Below, piece by piece: positions 25,459 through 34,272 of a stretch of 52,812 nucleotides of DNA (positions within the stretch are counted from its first letter, which is position 1; each line of letters starts with the position of its first letter). A program made the translations under genes and the position numbers. A model generated the notes under the pieces. The model saw only the letters and a program-made list of their open reading frames with translations. It was not told the origin of the DNA and did not search any database. This DNA is from an uncultured Bacilli bacterium (GTDB lineage Bacteria > Bacillota_I > Bacilli_A > RF39 > UBA660), in contig CANRME010000002.1 of assembly GCA_947631655.1 (NCBI GenBank), positions 1 to 52,812 of the forward strand, given 5' to 3'.

Positions 25459-25516
25459 CAAAAGTGGGTGCAAAAAGGTGTAAATTAGAGCAAAAAGTGG
25501 GTGCAAAAAGGTGTAA
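25459..25516. repeat. Two tandem ~25-bp direct repeats (four phased GGTG half-sites) upstream of the truncated DUF4143 gene
   Basis: caaaagtgggtgcaaaaaggtgtaa (25459-25483) and caaaaagtgggtgcaaaaaggtgtaa (25491-25516). Each ends in AGGTGTA, the motif also present around the XRE promoter. tgcTATACT (extended -10-like) follows. Confidence 0.7.
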
Positions 25517-25573
25517 GTATGCTATACTAATCATCAGGAAAAAAATATAATGATTTAAAAATTTTATTAGATT

Positions 25574-26488
25574 TTGATTTTGATAAATATGTACCCTATG
25601 GATTTTGAAGAGTTTTTAATTGCTTTTAATCAAGAAGCTTTGTTAGATAAAATTAAATATTGTTTTCAAAAGAATGAACCTATGGGTATTCTTCATAATA
25701 AAGCAGTAGATTATTATAGAAGATATTTATTATCAGGCGGAATGCCAGATAGTGTTAAAAATCTACTCAATTGTGGAGATGATTATTATAACTATGATTT
25801 AGCAATATTAGATAATATTATAGAAGACTATTTAAATGATATGAATAACTATGTTAGTAATTCTAGTGAAACTTTGAGAATTAGAAAGATATATAATTCT
25901 TTATCATCACAATTACAAAATACTTCTAAAAAATTTCAATATTCAGTTATTGATAATGGAGCTAAAGCAAGAGAATATGCACAACCATTAAATTGGTTAA
26001 TAGAAAGTAATATGGTCCAAATGTGTAAATGTGTTAAATTACCTGAAAAACCATTATTAGGATTTGTAGACAATGATACATTTAAAATATATTATTCTGA
26101 TGTAGGTGTATTTAATAGATTATTAAATAATGATATAAAAACGATTATTTTAGATGATATGAAAATTTACAAAGGAATTATTACAGAAAATTATGTTGCT
26201 AACGAATTAAAAGCTAATGGAACTGAATTATTATATTGGAAAGGGACTAGAAACTCTGAAATAGACTTTTTAATTTCCACAAGAAATGACGGAATAATAC
26301 CTATTGAAGTTAAAGCCGATATTCATACCCAATCCAAGAGTTTAAGCGTTTATAAAGATTTATATCATCCTAAATATATGATTAGAATTAGTTTAAAAGA
26401 TTTTGGATTTGAAAACGATATTAAATCTGTTCCTTTATATGCAACATTTTGTATTAATAATAAATATTTAGACCGTGATGAAAACTAA
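25574..26488 (+). CDS. DUF4143-domain protein, a 5'-truncated remnant of an AAA-ATPase (AAA_14+DUF4143) gene
   Basis: The ORF begins at the family's inter-domain motif (YPMDFEEFLIAF...YYRRYLLSGGMPDSV). It continues through the DUF4143 region (KIYYSDVGVF) and the C-terminal nuclease-like part (EIDFLI...IPIEVKA). No Walker-A domain is encoded upstream. Confidence 0.7.
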   Translation: MILINMYPMDFEEFLIAFNQEALLDKIKYCFQKNEPMGILHNKAVDYYRRYLLSGGMPDSVKNLLNCGDDYYNYDLAILDNIIEDYLNDMNNYVSNSSETLRIRKIYNSLSSQLQNTSKKFQYSVIDNGAKAREYAQPLNWLIESNMVQMCKCVKLPEKPLLGFVDNDTFKIYYSDVGVFNRLLNNDIKTIILDDMKIYKGIITENYVANELKANGTELLYWKGTRNSEIDFLISTRNDGIIPIEVKADIHTQSKSLSVYKDLYHPKYMIRISLKDFGFENDIKSVPLYATFCINNKYLDRDEN

Positions 26489-26509
26489 TTATAGTTATTC
26501 CAAAAAATT

Positions 26510-26532
26510 AAGCTGCGATTAAGCAGCTTTTT
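26510..26532 (-). terminator. Intrinsic (bidirectional) terminator, probably the ancestral rpmE terminator
   Basis: Stem aagctgc/gcagctt with loop gattaa, flanked by A6 on one side and T5 on the other. The right arm and loop are part of the 20-bp direct repeat. Confidence 0.6.
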
Positions 26533-26537
26533 GATTA
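26518..26537. repeat. Left copy of a 20-bp direct repeat bounding the rpmE-3' cassette
   Basis: attaagcagctttttgatta is identical to 28255-28274. Confidence 0.9.
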
Positions 26538-27922
26538 TAATAATTTTCTCGTATTTCTACAGGAGTCCACCCGTAATCAGTCCATATTCTTGAATTATTG
26601 TATATTTCCATAAGATACTCTATTAATTCATCTATGTTATTTTGATTTATTTCTAAATCAAAAGCTTCTAACATTTCTATTGATGGACCTACAGCACTAT
26701 TTCCTATTCTGTATATATGTGATATGGTTTCTACAATATTTTCAATTATATCTTCCGAGATATTATGTTTTTGTAAATATTTTTTAAATTTTAATATAGA
26801 TGGAGTTATTTCATAATAATCATAATTAGAATACTTAAGTAGTTCTTTTAATTTAATTGGTTTTCTTTCTATAGTTTCTTGGCGGTTAATGATATAATCT
26901 ATCATCTCGTTTAAATCCTCATCATTTAACATTTTATGAATAAAATATAAATTATTTTCTTTAAATTTTATATTTATGTTATCTATTCTATCGCAAAATA
27001 ATATACTATCAATTGGTATATCTAAATTGTATTTTCTATAATATAAATAATAGTTATGATACAAATCATCCAATGAAACAACTCCATATAGTTCAATCAT
27101 TGCTTTTAATAAAGTATATACTTTAGTGTTTTCTTCTACTATCTTATCAATAGTTTCTAGATTAATATCTTTAATAACATTATAAATGTCGTTAGTCATA
27201 GAAATATAAAATTTATCATTTCTTCTAAATAAAAATACTAAGCCGGACATATATAAGAAATGATATGTCTCCATACTTATATTATTATCTTGAATAGTAC
27301 CATTATTAACTACTAATTTTTTTAACAAGTCTAATTCTTCACGGGTAAATCTTTCAATTAAGTTAGTTAATATTTCTTTATTAGTAAGAGAATTATAAAT
27401 AATATTAACAAGTTCTTTTTTAGGTTTATTACTTAATTTATCAAGTTTTAATAGATAGCCAATATGTTTTAAATCTTTAATTGTTAAAACTTTTAATAAT
27501 TCTTTTAAGTCTTTTACTAGCGGAGCATTAGCGGCATTTTCTAAATTTATTTGAGCATCAACGGTCATATTATCAAATGTATGAGTAATTATTTCTTTGA
27601 TTTCAGTTGGTATATAATAGATATGGTTATCTACTGAACCATAGATAAATACAAAAAATGATTTTATGTCTTGATCATAAATATATATTAAATTAGTATT
27701 TTCAAATTTAATTAAATTTTCAAAATATATTTTTGTATGTATATCTTCCTTGGATATTTCTAAAAATGTTTTAAAAGAATCTAAGATATAATCTTTTAAT
27801 TCATATATATCATTAAGATCATATTTCTTTAGTGTTTCATTAATAAGTTCTTTATCTAATGCTTTTAATGATGATAATAAATCTAATTTGCCCTTTTTTA
27901 TTAAATACTTTTTATAATTCAT
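26519..27922 (-). CDS. Hypothetical protein, 467 aa (cassette gene 2)
   Basis: Long ORF with no TM segment. It has a SAP/Rho-N-like stretch (LKELLKVLTIKDLKHIGYLLKLDKLSNKPKKELVNIIY) and ends IWTDYGWTPVEIRENYYNQKAA. The last five codons and the stop are supplied by the duplicated rpmE 3' end. Confidence 0.55.
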   Translation of the reverse strand: MNYKKYLIKKGKLDLLSSLKALDKELINETLKKYDLNDIYELKDYILDSFKTFLEISKEDIHTKIYFENLIKFENTNLIYIYDQDIKSFFVFIYGSVDNHIYYIPTEIKEIITHTFDNMTVDAQINLENAANAPLVKDLKELLKVLTIKDLKHIGYLLKLDKLSNKPKKELVNIIYNSLTNKEILTNLIERFTREELDLLKKLVVNNGTIQDNNISMETYHFLYMSGLVFLFRRNDKFYISMTNDIYNVIKDINLETIDKIVEENTKVYTLLKAMIELYGVVSLDDLYHNYYLYYRKYNLDIPIDSILFCDRIDNINIKFKENNLYFIHKMLNDEDLNEMIDYIINRQETIERKPIKLKELLKYSNYDYYEITPSILKFKKYLQKHNISEDIIENIVETISHIYRIGNSAVGPSIEMLEAFDLEINQNNIDELIEYLMEIYNNSRIWTDYGWTPVEIRENYYNQKAA

Positions 27923-27946
27923 ACTTACCTCTTCTACTTGTCAATG

Positions 27947-28249
27947 CTATTTAATATATTTAGTCATTACCTTTTTAGCTAACTCTTCGCCTTTATTAGT
28001 TAAAGATACTGATTTATTGGAATGTTTACTATAAAACAAATATCCTTTATTTGTTAATTCGTTCAAAATATCAAAGTCATATCCTTTCCAACAGTTTTTT
28101 ATTGTTACTTCTTTTATCCCGCCATTTTCGTCGTCAACATAAGCATTTTCTTCCCAGGAAGTTAAATACATAAGTAATAATGTTAATTCTTCTACTAATT
28201 CTTTATTCATATCTTTTACCTTTTCTACATTAAATTCAAAAAAAGCCAC
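27947..28249 (-). CDS. Small DUF6429-like protein (cassette gene 1)
   Basis: ELTLLLMYLTSWEE...CWKGYDFDILNELTNKGYLF....KSVSLTNKGEELAKK matches my memory of the DUF6429 pattern. The start is uncertain: a GTG at 28249 lies 6 nt after the rpmE stop, and there is an internal ATG (MNKELVEEL). Confidence 0.5.
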   Translation of the reverse strand: MAFFEFNVEKVKDMNKELVEELTLLLMYLTSWEENAYVDDENGGIKEVTIKNCWKGYDFDILNELTNKGYLFYSKHSNKSVSLTNKGEELAKKVMTKYIK

Positions 28250-28254
28250 TAAGT

Positions 28255-28274
28255 ATTAAGCAGCTTTTTGATTA
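28255..28274. repeat. Right copy of the 20-bp direct repeat (last five codons plus stop of rpmE)
   Basis: attaagcagctttttgatta. On the minus strand it reads AAT CAA AAA GCT GCT TAA T (NQKAA, stop). Confidence 0.9.
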
Positions 28275-28468
28275 AGACCAAATTTTTTGTTAAATTTTTC
28301 TACGGCACCTGTCTTTTTAGCACGACCTTGGTTACCAGTATAGAATGGATGACATTCACTACATACTTCTACATGAATTTCTTCTTTAGTAGACATAGTT
28401 TCGAATGTTGCACCACAAGCACATTTTACAACAGCTTTTTTAACATCTGGATGTATATTCTTTTTCAT
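28256..28468 (-). CDS. rpmE: 50S ribosomal protein L31 (zinc-binding type)
   Basis: [24 protein letters not shown]...[16 protein letters not shown] precedes the ATG at 28468. The 93-aa track ORF is extended upstream of the true start. Confidence 0.93.
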   Translation of the reverse strand: MKKNIHPDVKKAVVKCACGATFETMSTKEEIHVEVCSECHPFYTGNQGRAKKTGAVEKFNKKFGLNQKAA

Positions 28469-28581
28469 ACTAATGCTCCCTTCGCCATGTATAATCTTAT
28501 ACATAGTAATTTCGTTTCTTGAAGTATTATATATCATAAAGGCACTTTAATGCAATAGTTTTTTTAATTTTTGACACTTTT

Positions 28582-29136
28582 TTAGATATAATTTAGTTCT
28601 TTTAAGTAAGATAATAACTTGGAAGATATATCTTCATTAGAATTTAAATAAACAATATGATATTCATTAGCTAAATTTTTTAATGCTTTATTTAAAGTGT
28701 TAGATATACCGGGAGGAGATATATAGATTATATTTTTAGAATTAATTCTTCGTATATCTTTAAAAATTATTTCTAAATCAACCAGTATTTCTCTAGTAAC
28801 ATTAGAGTTATAACTATTGTTATCTTTTATTTCATCTTTACCAAGATGAATAATTATTAAGTCAGATTTGCGAATTAGTTGTTTAATATCATATTTATTT
28901 TCAATTAAGTAGTCTTTTAAATTTTCTATTTCAAAGTTATATTTAGATAGAGAAGTATCATAAGTAATTTTAGTATCTTTTAATGCGTTTTTAATAATAT
29001 TATTATAGTTAGATTCAGGTAAAGTGGTTTTATCATATATAGATAAAATATAAGGATTAGTAGGAGGAGCAGAATCATAAATTAAATAAACAATTAAAAT
29101 ACTTAAGATAATAAGTAGAAGAAGTTTAAATTTCAT
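28582..29136 (-). CDS. Membrane-anchored hypothetical protein, possibly a catalytically dead SGNH-like fold
   Basis: N-terminal TM. Spacing resembles SGNH blocks (ILSIYDKT in place of GDS, IIIHLGKDE in place of GxND), but no catalytic Ser or His motifs are present. Confidence 0.4.
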   Translation of the reverse strand: MKFKLLLLIILSILIVYLIYDSAPPTNPYILSIYDKTTLPESNYNNIIKNALKDTKITYDTSLSKYNFEIENLKDYLIENKYDIKQLIRKSDLIIIHLGKDEIKDNNSYNSNVTREILVDLEIIFKDIRRINSKNIIYISPPGISNTLNKALKNLANEYHIVYLNSNEDISSKLLSYLKELNYI

Positions 29137-29170
29137 ATAATCACCAAAATAAAAATAATAGATTTCTCTA

Positions 29171-30430
29171 TTATTCTATTTCGTTTACTTTAATTTTAGC
29201 ACCGACACCAGATAATTTTTCGACTATATTTTCATAACCTCTTAAAATATGTTCGGCAGCATTAATAGTAGTAATACCTTTAGCTGCTAAGGCGGCGATG
29301 ACAAGAGAAGCACCGGCTCTTAGGTCACTAGCTTCTACTTCTTTATTTAAAAAGATAGTAGGGCCATGAACGGAAATTTTTTCTTTGTTTTCCACACTAA
29401 TATTGGCATTCATTTTAACTAGATAAGGAACATGACCTAAGCGGTTTTCCCATATAGTTTCCGTAATAGTTGAAGTACCATTACATCTAGTTAAAACAGA
29501 GGCGAGCGGTTGAGCTAAGTCGGTAGGAAATCCAGGATAAAAAGTTGTCGTAACATTAATAGGATTATAAGTTTCTTTTTTAGTAATAGTTAGAGAATCA
29601 TCGTTTAAAGTATAATTTGCTTGCATTTCATCTAGAGCATGAAATAGGGAAGTTAGATTTTCTTTTTTGATTCCACTTATAGTTAAATTATTCCCCATTA
29701 AAGCGCCCGCTAATATATAGGTACCAGCTTCGATACGATCAGGAATAACAGATATTTTACCATTTTGATAAGTTGTTTTACCATTAATGGTTATAGTATC
29801 AGTCCCGGCCCCCGTAATATTTGCTCCTAAATTATTTAAAAATTCTGCTATATTTATGATTTCTGGTTCTTTGGCCGCATTATTAATATGCGTTATACCT
29901 ATAGCAGCAGTAGCTGCAATCATCAAATTAATTGTCGCACCGACACTTGGAACACGTAAGTTTATATCTGTACCTACTAAACCATCTGTTTTAATCGTAA
30001 TTTTATCATCTGTGGTAGTAATAGTAGCTCCTAAAGATTTGAAACCATCTAAATGAAGGTCGATAGGACGAAGACCAATATTACAACCACCAGGAATAGA
30101 CATTTCAACATAGTTATATTTAGCAAGTAAAGTTCCCATTAAATAATAAGAAGCTCGTAAACGTTTAGAAAGTTCTCCTGGAATAAAAGTGTTTTTAACT
30201 TCGGTAGTATCAATATTTAAAGTTTCATTTTCATAAGTTATATGGCAATTTAAAATTTTTAACATTTCTAATAAAGATGCGGTATCGCTTATATTAGGAA
30301 CGTTTTCAATTAGGGCATGAGATGGTGCAAGTAGAGCGATAGGAATTAAAGCAACCACACTATTTTTAGCTCCACTTATTGGAATTTTTCCAGTTAGAGG
30401 AGTTCCCCCTTCGATTATAATTTGTTTCAT
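29171..30430 (-). CDS. murA: UDP-N-acetylglucosamine 1-carboxyvinyltransferase
   Basis: MKQIIIEGG...SGAKNSVVAL, active-site loop PGGCNIGLRPIDLH and C-terminal RGYENIVEKL. The track start at 30439 is a GTG overlapping the fba stop. Confidence 0.93.
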   Translation of the reverse strand: MKQIIIEGGTPLTGKIPISGAKNSVVALIPIALLAPSHALIENVPNISDTASLLEMLKILNCHITYENETLNIDTTEVKNTFIPGELSKRLRASYYLMGTLLAKYNYVEMSIPGGCNIGLRPIDLHLDGFKSLGATITTTDDKITIKTDGLVGTDINLRVPSVGATINLMIAATAAIGITHINNAAKEPEIINIAEFLNNLGANITGAGTDTITINGKTTYQNGKISVIPDRIEAGTYILAGALMGNNLTISGIKKENLTSLFHALDEMQANYTLNDDSLTITKKETYNPINVTTTFYPGFPTDLAQPLASVLTRCNGTSTITETIWENRLGHVPYLVKMNANISVENKEKISVHGPTIFLNKEVEASDLRAGASLVIAALAAKGITTINAAEHILRGYENIVEKLSGVGAKIKVNEIE

Positions 30431-30438
30431 AAACTTCA

Positions 30439-31281
30439 CTATCCTTTATTTTTACTGCCTAGGATTCCAATATAGGTTTTTACTTGTTTTTTAAGACTTT
30501 CTTCCCCAGATGAAATAATCTTGCGAGGGTCGTAGACAGCTATATTATTATTAATGAAGTCTCTAACACTTTTATTCCAAGCTAGTTGTAATTCCGTGTT
30601 AAAATTTATCTTACAAACTCCATTTTTAATACACTCTTTTAAAATATTTTCGGGTAAACCAGAACCACCATGGAGCACTAAAGGAATATTAAATGTTGTA
30701 CTTATTTCTTGCATTCTTTGAGTGTTAATCTTAGGTTCACCTTTATAGATACCATGAACGCTTCCTAAAGCGGGAGCATACATATCTATATTGGTATTAT
30801 TTAAAAATACTCGACTATCTTCTATGGTTGTATAATAAACTTCACTAGTTAAATTATCTTCCGTGCCACCAATGTGCCCCGTTTCGGCTTCGATTAGGGC
30901 ATCTTTACAATACTCACTTACTTCTTTAGTCATCTTTATATTTTCTTCTAAAGAGTAACGAGAGGCATCAATCATTATAGAACGGAAGCCAGCATCATAA
31001 GCTTTTTTACAATCTTCCACGTTATTAGCGTGATCTAGATGAAGCATAACAGGTATAGTGATATTTAAGTCTTTTATTAAGCCATTAACCATACCCGCAA
31101 TAACATCAAAACCACCCATGTATTTGGCAGCTCCTAAAGAGACACCTAAAAATACTGGACTTTTATTTGCTTCACATTCTTCTAGAATATATTTTGTCCA
31201 TTCTAAGTTATTGATATTAAAATGCGGAATAGCATAATGTTCATTTTGAGCTTTTAATAACATAGCACTATAAAGTTTCAT
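30439..31281 (-). CDS. fba: Class II fructose-1,6-bisphosphate aldolase
   Basis: HFNINNLEW, HLDHA and LVLHGGSG motifs. About 280 aa, in fba-murA synteny as in Bacillus. Confidence 0.9.
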   Translation of the reverse strand: MKLYSAMLLKAQNEHYAIPHFNINNLEWTKYILEECEANKSPVFLGVSLGAAKYMGGFDVIAGMVNGLIKDLNITIPVMLHLDHANNVEDCKKAYDAGFRSIMIDASRYSLEENIKMTKEVSEYCKDALIEAETGHIGGTEDNLTSEVYYTTIEDSRVFLNNTNIDMYAPALGSVHGIYKGEPKINTQRMQEISTTFNIPLVLHGGSGLPENILKECIKNGVCKINFNTELQLAWNKSVRDFINNNIAVYDPRKIISSGEESLKKQVKTYIGILGSKNKG

Positions 31282-31342
31282 ATAGTTTCACCTATATTGA
31301 TTATAAAGGAAAATAGGTAGTTTCGCAAATAATAAGTCAGTT

Positions 31343-31879
31343 TTATTTACATAAATAGTAAAGTCCTAAAAGAATTAAAATAGTAAGACCTAGGTAATTC
31401 GCTTTTTTACCTAATTTAGAAGATACTTTTTTACTAATAATACATCCTAAGAAGGTAAAAAAGCCACTAGTTAAGGAGAATGTTGTTGAAGAAAGAAAAA
31501 AATTGGTAGTTATTGCAGGAAGGCCAATACCAGTAGTAAAGGAATCAAAACTTACTAAAACTGCAAATAAAAGATACCCAAAGATATTTAAAGAGAAAGT
31601 GGGTTCTTCTTTGGAAAACATATCATAAATAATTTTTAGGCCTAAAACTAGGAGAATAATACCTAGTAAATCATTAGGGTTGATAGGTAGGGTAGATATA
31701 GCTTTATTACCTAAAGCTAAGCCAAGTAGAGGAAGAAAGAAATGGAATATAGCAGTAGTTATACTAAAGAAAAAAATATTTTTTTTAGTGATATTTAGGG
31801 GACCAAAGGTTAGAGAAAGGGAAAATGCATCCATACTAAGAGCGATACCAACAAATAATATGGCTAAAAAATTAGACAT
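31343..31879 (-). CDS. DUF204 family membrane protein (MntP manganese efflux pump / YtaF-like)
   Basis: Two DUF204 half-repeats (IALSMDAFSLS and LVSFDSFTTG), six hydrophobic segments, 178 aa. Confidence 0.65.
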   Translation of the reverse strand: MSNFLAILFVGIALSMDAFSLSLTFGPLNITKKNIFFFSITTAIFHFFLPLLGLALGNKAISTLPINPNDLLGIILLVLGLKIIYDMFSKEEPTFSLNIFGYLLFAVLVSFDSFTTGIGLPAITTNFFLSSTTFSLTSGFFTFLGCIISKKVSSKLGKKANYLGLTILILLGLYYLCK

Positions 31880-31920
31880 ATAAAAACCTCCTAATTAATT
31901 ATATAGAGAAGGTTTTAGTT

Positions 31921-32436
31921 TTATTTCAAATATTTACTAATTATTTCTTTTACAATAGATTTATATTCTACCGTATCGGTACCATATTTATCCTCATCAA
32001 TTAAGCATAAAGGCGGGTACAAAACACACCAATAGTTCGAACCTTCACCTTTGCCTAAAGTAATAACTAAAGACTCATATTTACCCGGATTATAGGTTTG
32101 GTTTAACAGCATCTTTTCAGGGAAAAAATTTTCTCCATAATTTAGGGAATAAGTAATGTTTAAGGTATTTAATTTTTCTTTAATTAGAGGTATGGAGTTG
32201 GTTATTTTAGTTCTAGTGTCTTCTAAAGTTTTTTCAGTAGATAATAGGGGAATTATTTCTTTTTTGACTAAATCTTTGACTTTAGCTTTATCTACTAACG
32301 CATTGGCACTATTATCAGCGGGAATTATTCGAAGTCTTATCGAAGAATTAGCAGGAATTAAGACATCTTCGGTTTTTGGTTTATATAAATTAATAAAAGT
32401 TATTAAAATAACTAAAATAGGAATTATTTTTTTCAT
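31921..32436 (-). CDS. spoIIR: Stage II sporulation protein R
   Basis: Signal/anchor segment; IRLRIIPADNSANALVDKAKVKDLV (cf. LRLHVIANSDS..DQ.LK..VRD); C-terminal GKGEGSNYWCVLYPPLCL. Confidence 0.75.
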   Translation of the reverse strand: MKKIIPILVILITFINLYKPKTEDVLIPANSSIRLRIIPADNSANALVDKAKVKDLVKKEIIPLLSTEKTLEDTRTKITNSIPLIKEKLNTLNITYSLNYGENFFPEKMLLNQTYNPGKYESLVITLGKGEGSNYWCVLYPPLCLIDEDKYGTDTVEYKSIVKEIISKYLK

Positions 32437-32479
32437 TTTAAAATATCACCACTTATATAGTGAGTGATATTTATATTAT

Positions 32480-33193
32480 TTATTCATTTAATATAAAGAT
32501 ATATCTATCTAAGTTATTATAATCGGTTTCACATATAACTTTGGATGTTGGTAAGTTTTTTTTAATGTAGGCGGTGATACTTTTTTTCTGTGTGGCACCA
32601 ATTTCTAAAGCACATAATTTAAAGTTAATAAGTTTTAAGTTATCAACAATTTTTTTATAAAATGCTAAACCAGAATCACTGGCATATAAAGCTAAAGATG
32701 GTTCATATTTTACTTCGGGAGCTACTTCCTCATCATAAGCAATGTAGGGAGGATTACTTATAATTACATCATAATCAGTTATTTTAGTATTTAAAATATC
32801 TTGATTAAAAAAAGTAATATCAACATTATTTAATTTAGCATTAGACTTAGCTACTTTTAAAGCAGTTTCACTAACATCTAAAGCAGTTACTATTGAAGTG
32901 GGAAGAAGTTTTTTTAAACTTATGGCTATACAACCACTACCGGTACCAATATCTAAAATAGTAGGGGAAGTAATATTTAATTTTTCTATAAGTTTATAAG
33001 TTTTATCGACTAAGTATTCGGTTTCAAAACGAGGAATTAAGACATTCTCATTAACTTTTATCTGATAACCACAAAAAGATACATCACCAATTAGATATTG
33101 CACAGGATAATTATCCTTTAATTTATCTAAATAAGATGTATCGTTTTGATATTTTTCTTTTAATAGTTTTTCATCTGTTTTAGTTATTTCCAT
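32480..33193 (-). CDS. prmC: Peptide chain release factor N5-glutamine methyltransferase
   Basis: SAM motif DIGTGSGCIA and catalytic NPPY. It lies immediately downstream of prfA with a 1-nt overlap. Confidence 0.9.
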   Translation of the reverse strand: MEITKTDEKLLKEKYQNDTSYLDKLKDNYPVQYLIGDVSFCGYQIKVNENVLIPRFETEYLVDKTYKLIEKLNITSPTILDIGTGSGCIAISLKKLLPTSIVTALDVSETALKVAKSNAKLNNVDITFFNQDILNTKITDYDVIISNPPYIAYDEEVAPEVKYEPSLALYASDSGLAFYKKIVDNLKLINFKLCALEIGATQKKSITAYIKKNLPTSKVICETDYNNLDRYIFILNE

Positions 33194-34260
33194 TAGATAC
33201 CTTGATTTTCACCGGCAAGTTTTAAGCGCATGTCTTCGTTAATTAAAGCATCAATAATAGGACCAAGGTTACCTTCCATAACTCGATCTAATTCCATAAT
33301 ACTAAAATTAATACGATGGTCAGTTACGCGGTTTTGCGGATAATTATAGGTTCTAATTTTTTCGCTTCTATCACCGGTACCTATTTTACTTTTACGTTCG
33401 GCTCCTAATTCGCTTTCTTGTTTTTGTTGCTCATAATCATAGATTTTAGATTTTAATAAAGCTAAAGCTCTTTCTCTATTCTTTAATTGACTTCTTTCCG
33501 TTTGACAAGTTACAACGACACCAGTAGGAATATGAGTAAGTCTTACGGCAGAATTTGAAGTATTAACGGATTGGCCACCAGCACCAGAACTATGATAAAC
33601 ATCCATTTTAATATCGGATTCTTTTACTTCAATGTTAACATCTTCCACACTTGGCATTACTAAAACCGTTGCTGTAGAAGTATGAACGCGTCCTTGCGTT
33701 TCGGTTGTAGGAACTCTTTGAACACGATGCGAACCGCTTTCATATTTCATTTTAGAGTATACGTCGTCGCCTTTAACGATAAATTCAATTTGAGCATAAC
33801 CGCCACTAGCTCCTGGAGTTTCATTAATTACTTCAATCCGCCAGCCTTGGTCTTCAAAGTAGTGCGAATACATTCTAAATAAGTCACCAGCAAAAATATT
33901 GGCTTCGTCTCCTCCAGCGGCACCTCTTATTTCCATAATAATATCTTTGCCGTCATTAGGGTCTTTAGGTACTAACATTATTTGTAGTTCTTCTTCTAAT
34001 TTAGGAATTTTTTCTTTTAACTCATCTATTTCTAATTTAGCCATTTCTGCTAGTTCTTGATCGTCTAGCATAGACTCTGCTTCTTCTAAATTATTCTCGG
34101 CCGTAGTAAGTTCATCATATTTTAAAACAATGTCTTCTAAATCTTTTTGTTCTTTAGATAAATCCTTTAAAAGGTTATAATTACCTAATACTTCGGGGTC
34201 CGTTAACCTTTCACTTACTTCGTTATATTTAGCTTTAATAGCTTCTAAGCGGTCGTGCAT
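33193..34260 (-). CDS. prfA: Peptide chain release factor 1
   Basis: GGQ motif (SSGAGGQSVNT), RF1-type tripeptide region RVQRVPTTETQGRVHTS, 355 aa. Confidence 0.95.
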   Translation of the reverse strand: MHDRLEAIKAKYNEVSERLTDPEVLGNYNLLKDLSKEQKDLEDIVLKYDELTTAENNLEEAESMLDDQELAEMAKLEIDELKEKIPKLEEELQIMLVPKDPNDGKDIIMEIRGAAGGDEANIFAGDLFRMYSHYFEDQGWRIEVINETPGASGGYAQIEFIVKGDDVYSKMKYESGSHRVQRVPTTETQGRVHTSTATVLVMPSVEDVNIEVKESDIKMDVYHSSGAGGQSVNTSNSAVRLTHIPTGVVVTCQTERSQLKNRERALALLKSKIYDYEQQKQESELGAERKSKIGTGDRSEKIRTYNYPQNRVTDHRINFSIMELDRVMEGNLGPIIDALINEDMRLKLAGENQGI

Positions 34261-34272
34261 TAGAGCACCTCC

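Noticed and set aside
25459-25516. Possible CRISPR array or iteron origin
   Set aside because: There are only two repeat copies with an 8-nt spacer, and no cas genes or further units. A regulator-binding site or leftover element end is a better explanation.
28582-29136. Annotating the 184-aa membrane-anchored protein as an active SGNH/GDSL hydrolase
   Set aside because: The block spacing is suggestive, but the catalytic Ser (GDS), the GxND Asn context and the DxxH block are all absent. At best it is a degenerate fold.
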